From positions 1 to 6,954 of the forward strand of contig JAUWKS010000106.1 in NCBI GenBank assembly GCA_030614005.1: a stretch of 6,954 bases of DNA, in the 5' to 3' direction. Both the position numbers and the translations under genes were made by a program. Each line of letters begins with the position of its first letter. The stretch's first letter is position 1. A model generated the notes under the pieces. The model did no database searches. It was not told where the DNA came from and saw only the letters and a program-made list of their open reading frames with translations. This DNA is from Candidatus Heimdallarchaeota archaeon. GTDB lineage: Archaea; Asgardarchaeota; Heimdallarchaeia; JABLTI01. Of the stretch, positions 6,664 through 6,954 are shown one piece after another.

Positions 6664-6679
6664 GAAAAAAGAAAGAAAT
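6664..6679 (-). terminator. Archaeal-type oligo-T terminator after the surface-protein remnant
   Basis: The minus strand reads TAA-ATTTCTTTCTTTTTTC directly after the stop codon at 6682-6680. Confidence 0.5.
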
Positions 6680-6922
6680 TTACTTTTTCTTTCTTATTAA
6701 AAATAGTGAAGCTATTGCTAAAATAACTGGAATAATAAACAGCACAGATGCACTCGTTGGCGTTGTTGATGTTGTTATTGGTGTTTCTATTTGAACTGTA
6801 AAACTATAGTAGTTTCCGTCGTTGTTATCCACTGCTTGGTATGATTCTGTTATTAACGAAAAGGAAATGTCGGAATATATGCGTAGAAAACTACTAAGTA
6901 CTATTAGATCTGCAAGAGACGC
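6680..6922 (-). pseudogene. 3' remnant of a membrane-anchored surface protein gene (or a very short membrane protein)
   Basis: Hand translation of the minus strand from 6922 to TAA at 6682-6680 ends ...YQAVDNNDGNYYSFTVQIETPITTSTTPTSASVLFIIPVILAIASLFLIRKKK*: Thr/Pro linker, hydrophobic helix, basic tail. There is an in-frame TAA at 6925-6923, and the only start codon is GTG 6832, which gives 50 aa. The other two minus frames are also closed in 6850-6954. Confidence 0.65.
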
Positions 6923-6954
6923 TTATATGCGGAAACAAAAACAAACCGAATAAA

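Noticed and set aside
1565-6900. 12-nt match AACTACTAAGTA at 1565-1576 and 6889-6900
   Set aside because: Expected by chance in 7 kb of AT-rich DNA; no element-like context.

Overview
AT-rich prokaryotic window (roughly 30% GC, estimated by eye) with six intact genes. On the + strand is a translationally coupled pair: an isochorismatase-family cysteine hydrolase and a thioredoxin-reductase-like flavoprotein that lacks the CxxC. Next come a 5-repeat TPR protein with a Lys-rich tail (-), an M3B oligoendopeptidase F (-) divergent from an acetamidase/formamidase (+), and a stand-alone protein of about 17 SDS22-like 22-aa leucine-rich repeats (-). The last ~275 bp hold the C-terminus of a membrane-anchored surface protein (-) that the ORF track misses and whose 5' part is not in frame within the window. 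GTGA-type ribosome-binding sites, oligo-T 3' ends, the LRR and TPR proteins and the anchor architecture suggest an archaeon, plausibly Asgard; this is inference. I saw no rRNA, tRNA, CRISPR array or mobile element. I cannot show a complete new system. The best leads are the hydrolase + Cys-less reductase pair, the LRR protein, the broken surface-protein gene and a hairpin over the pepF start.
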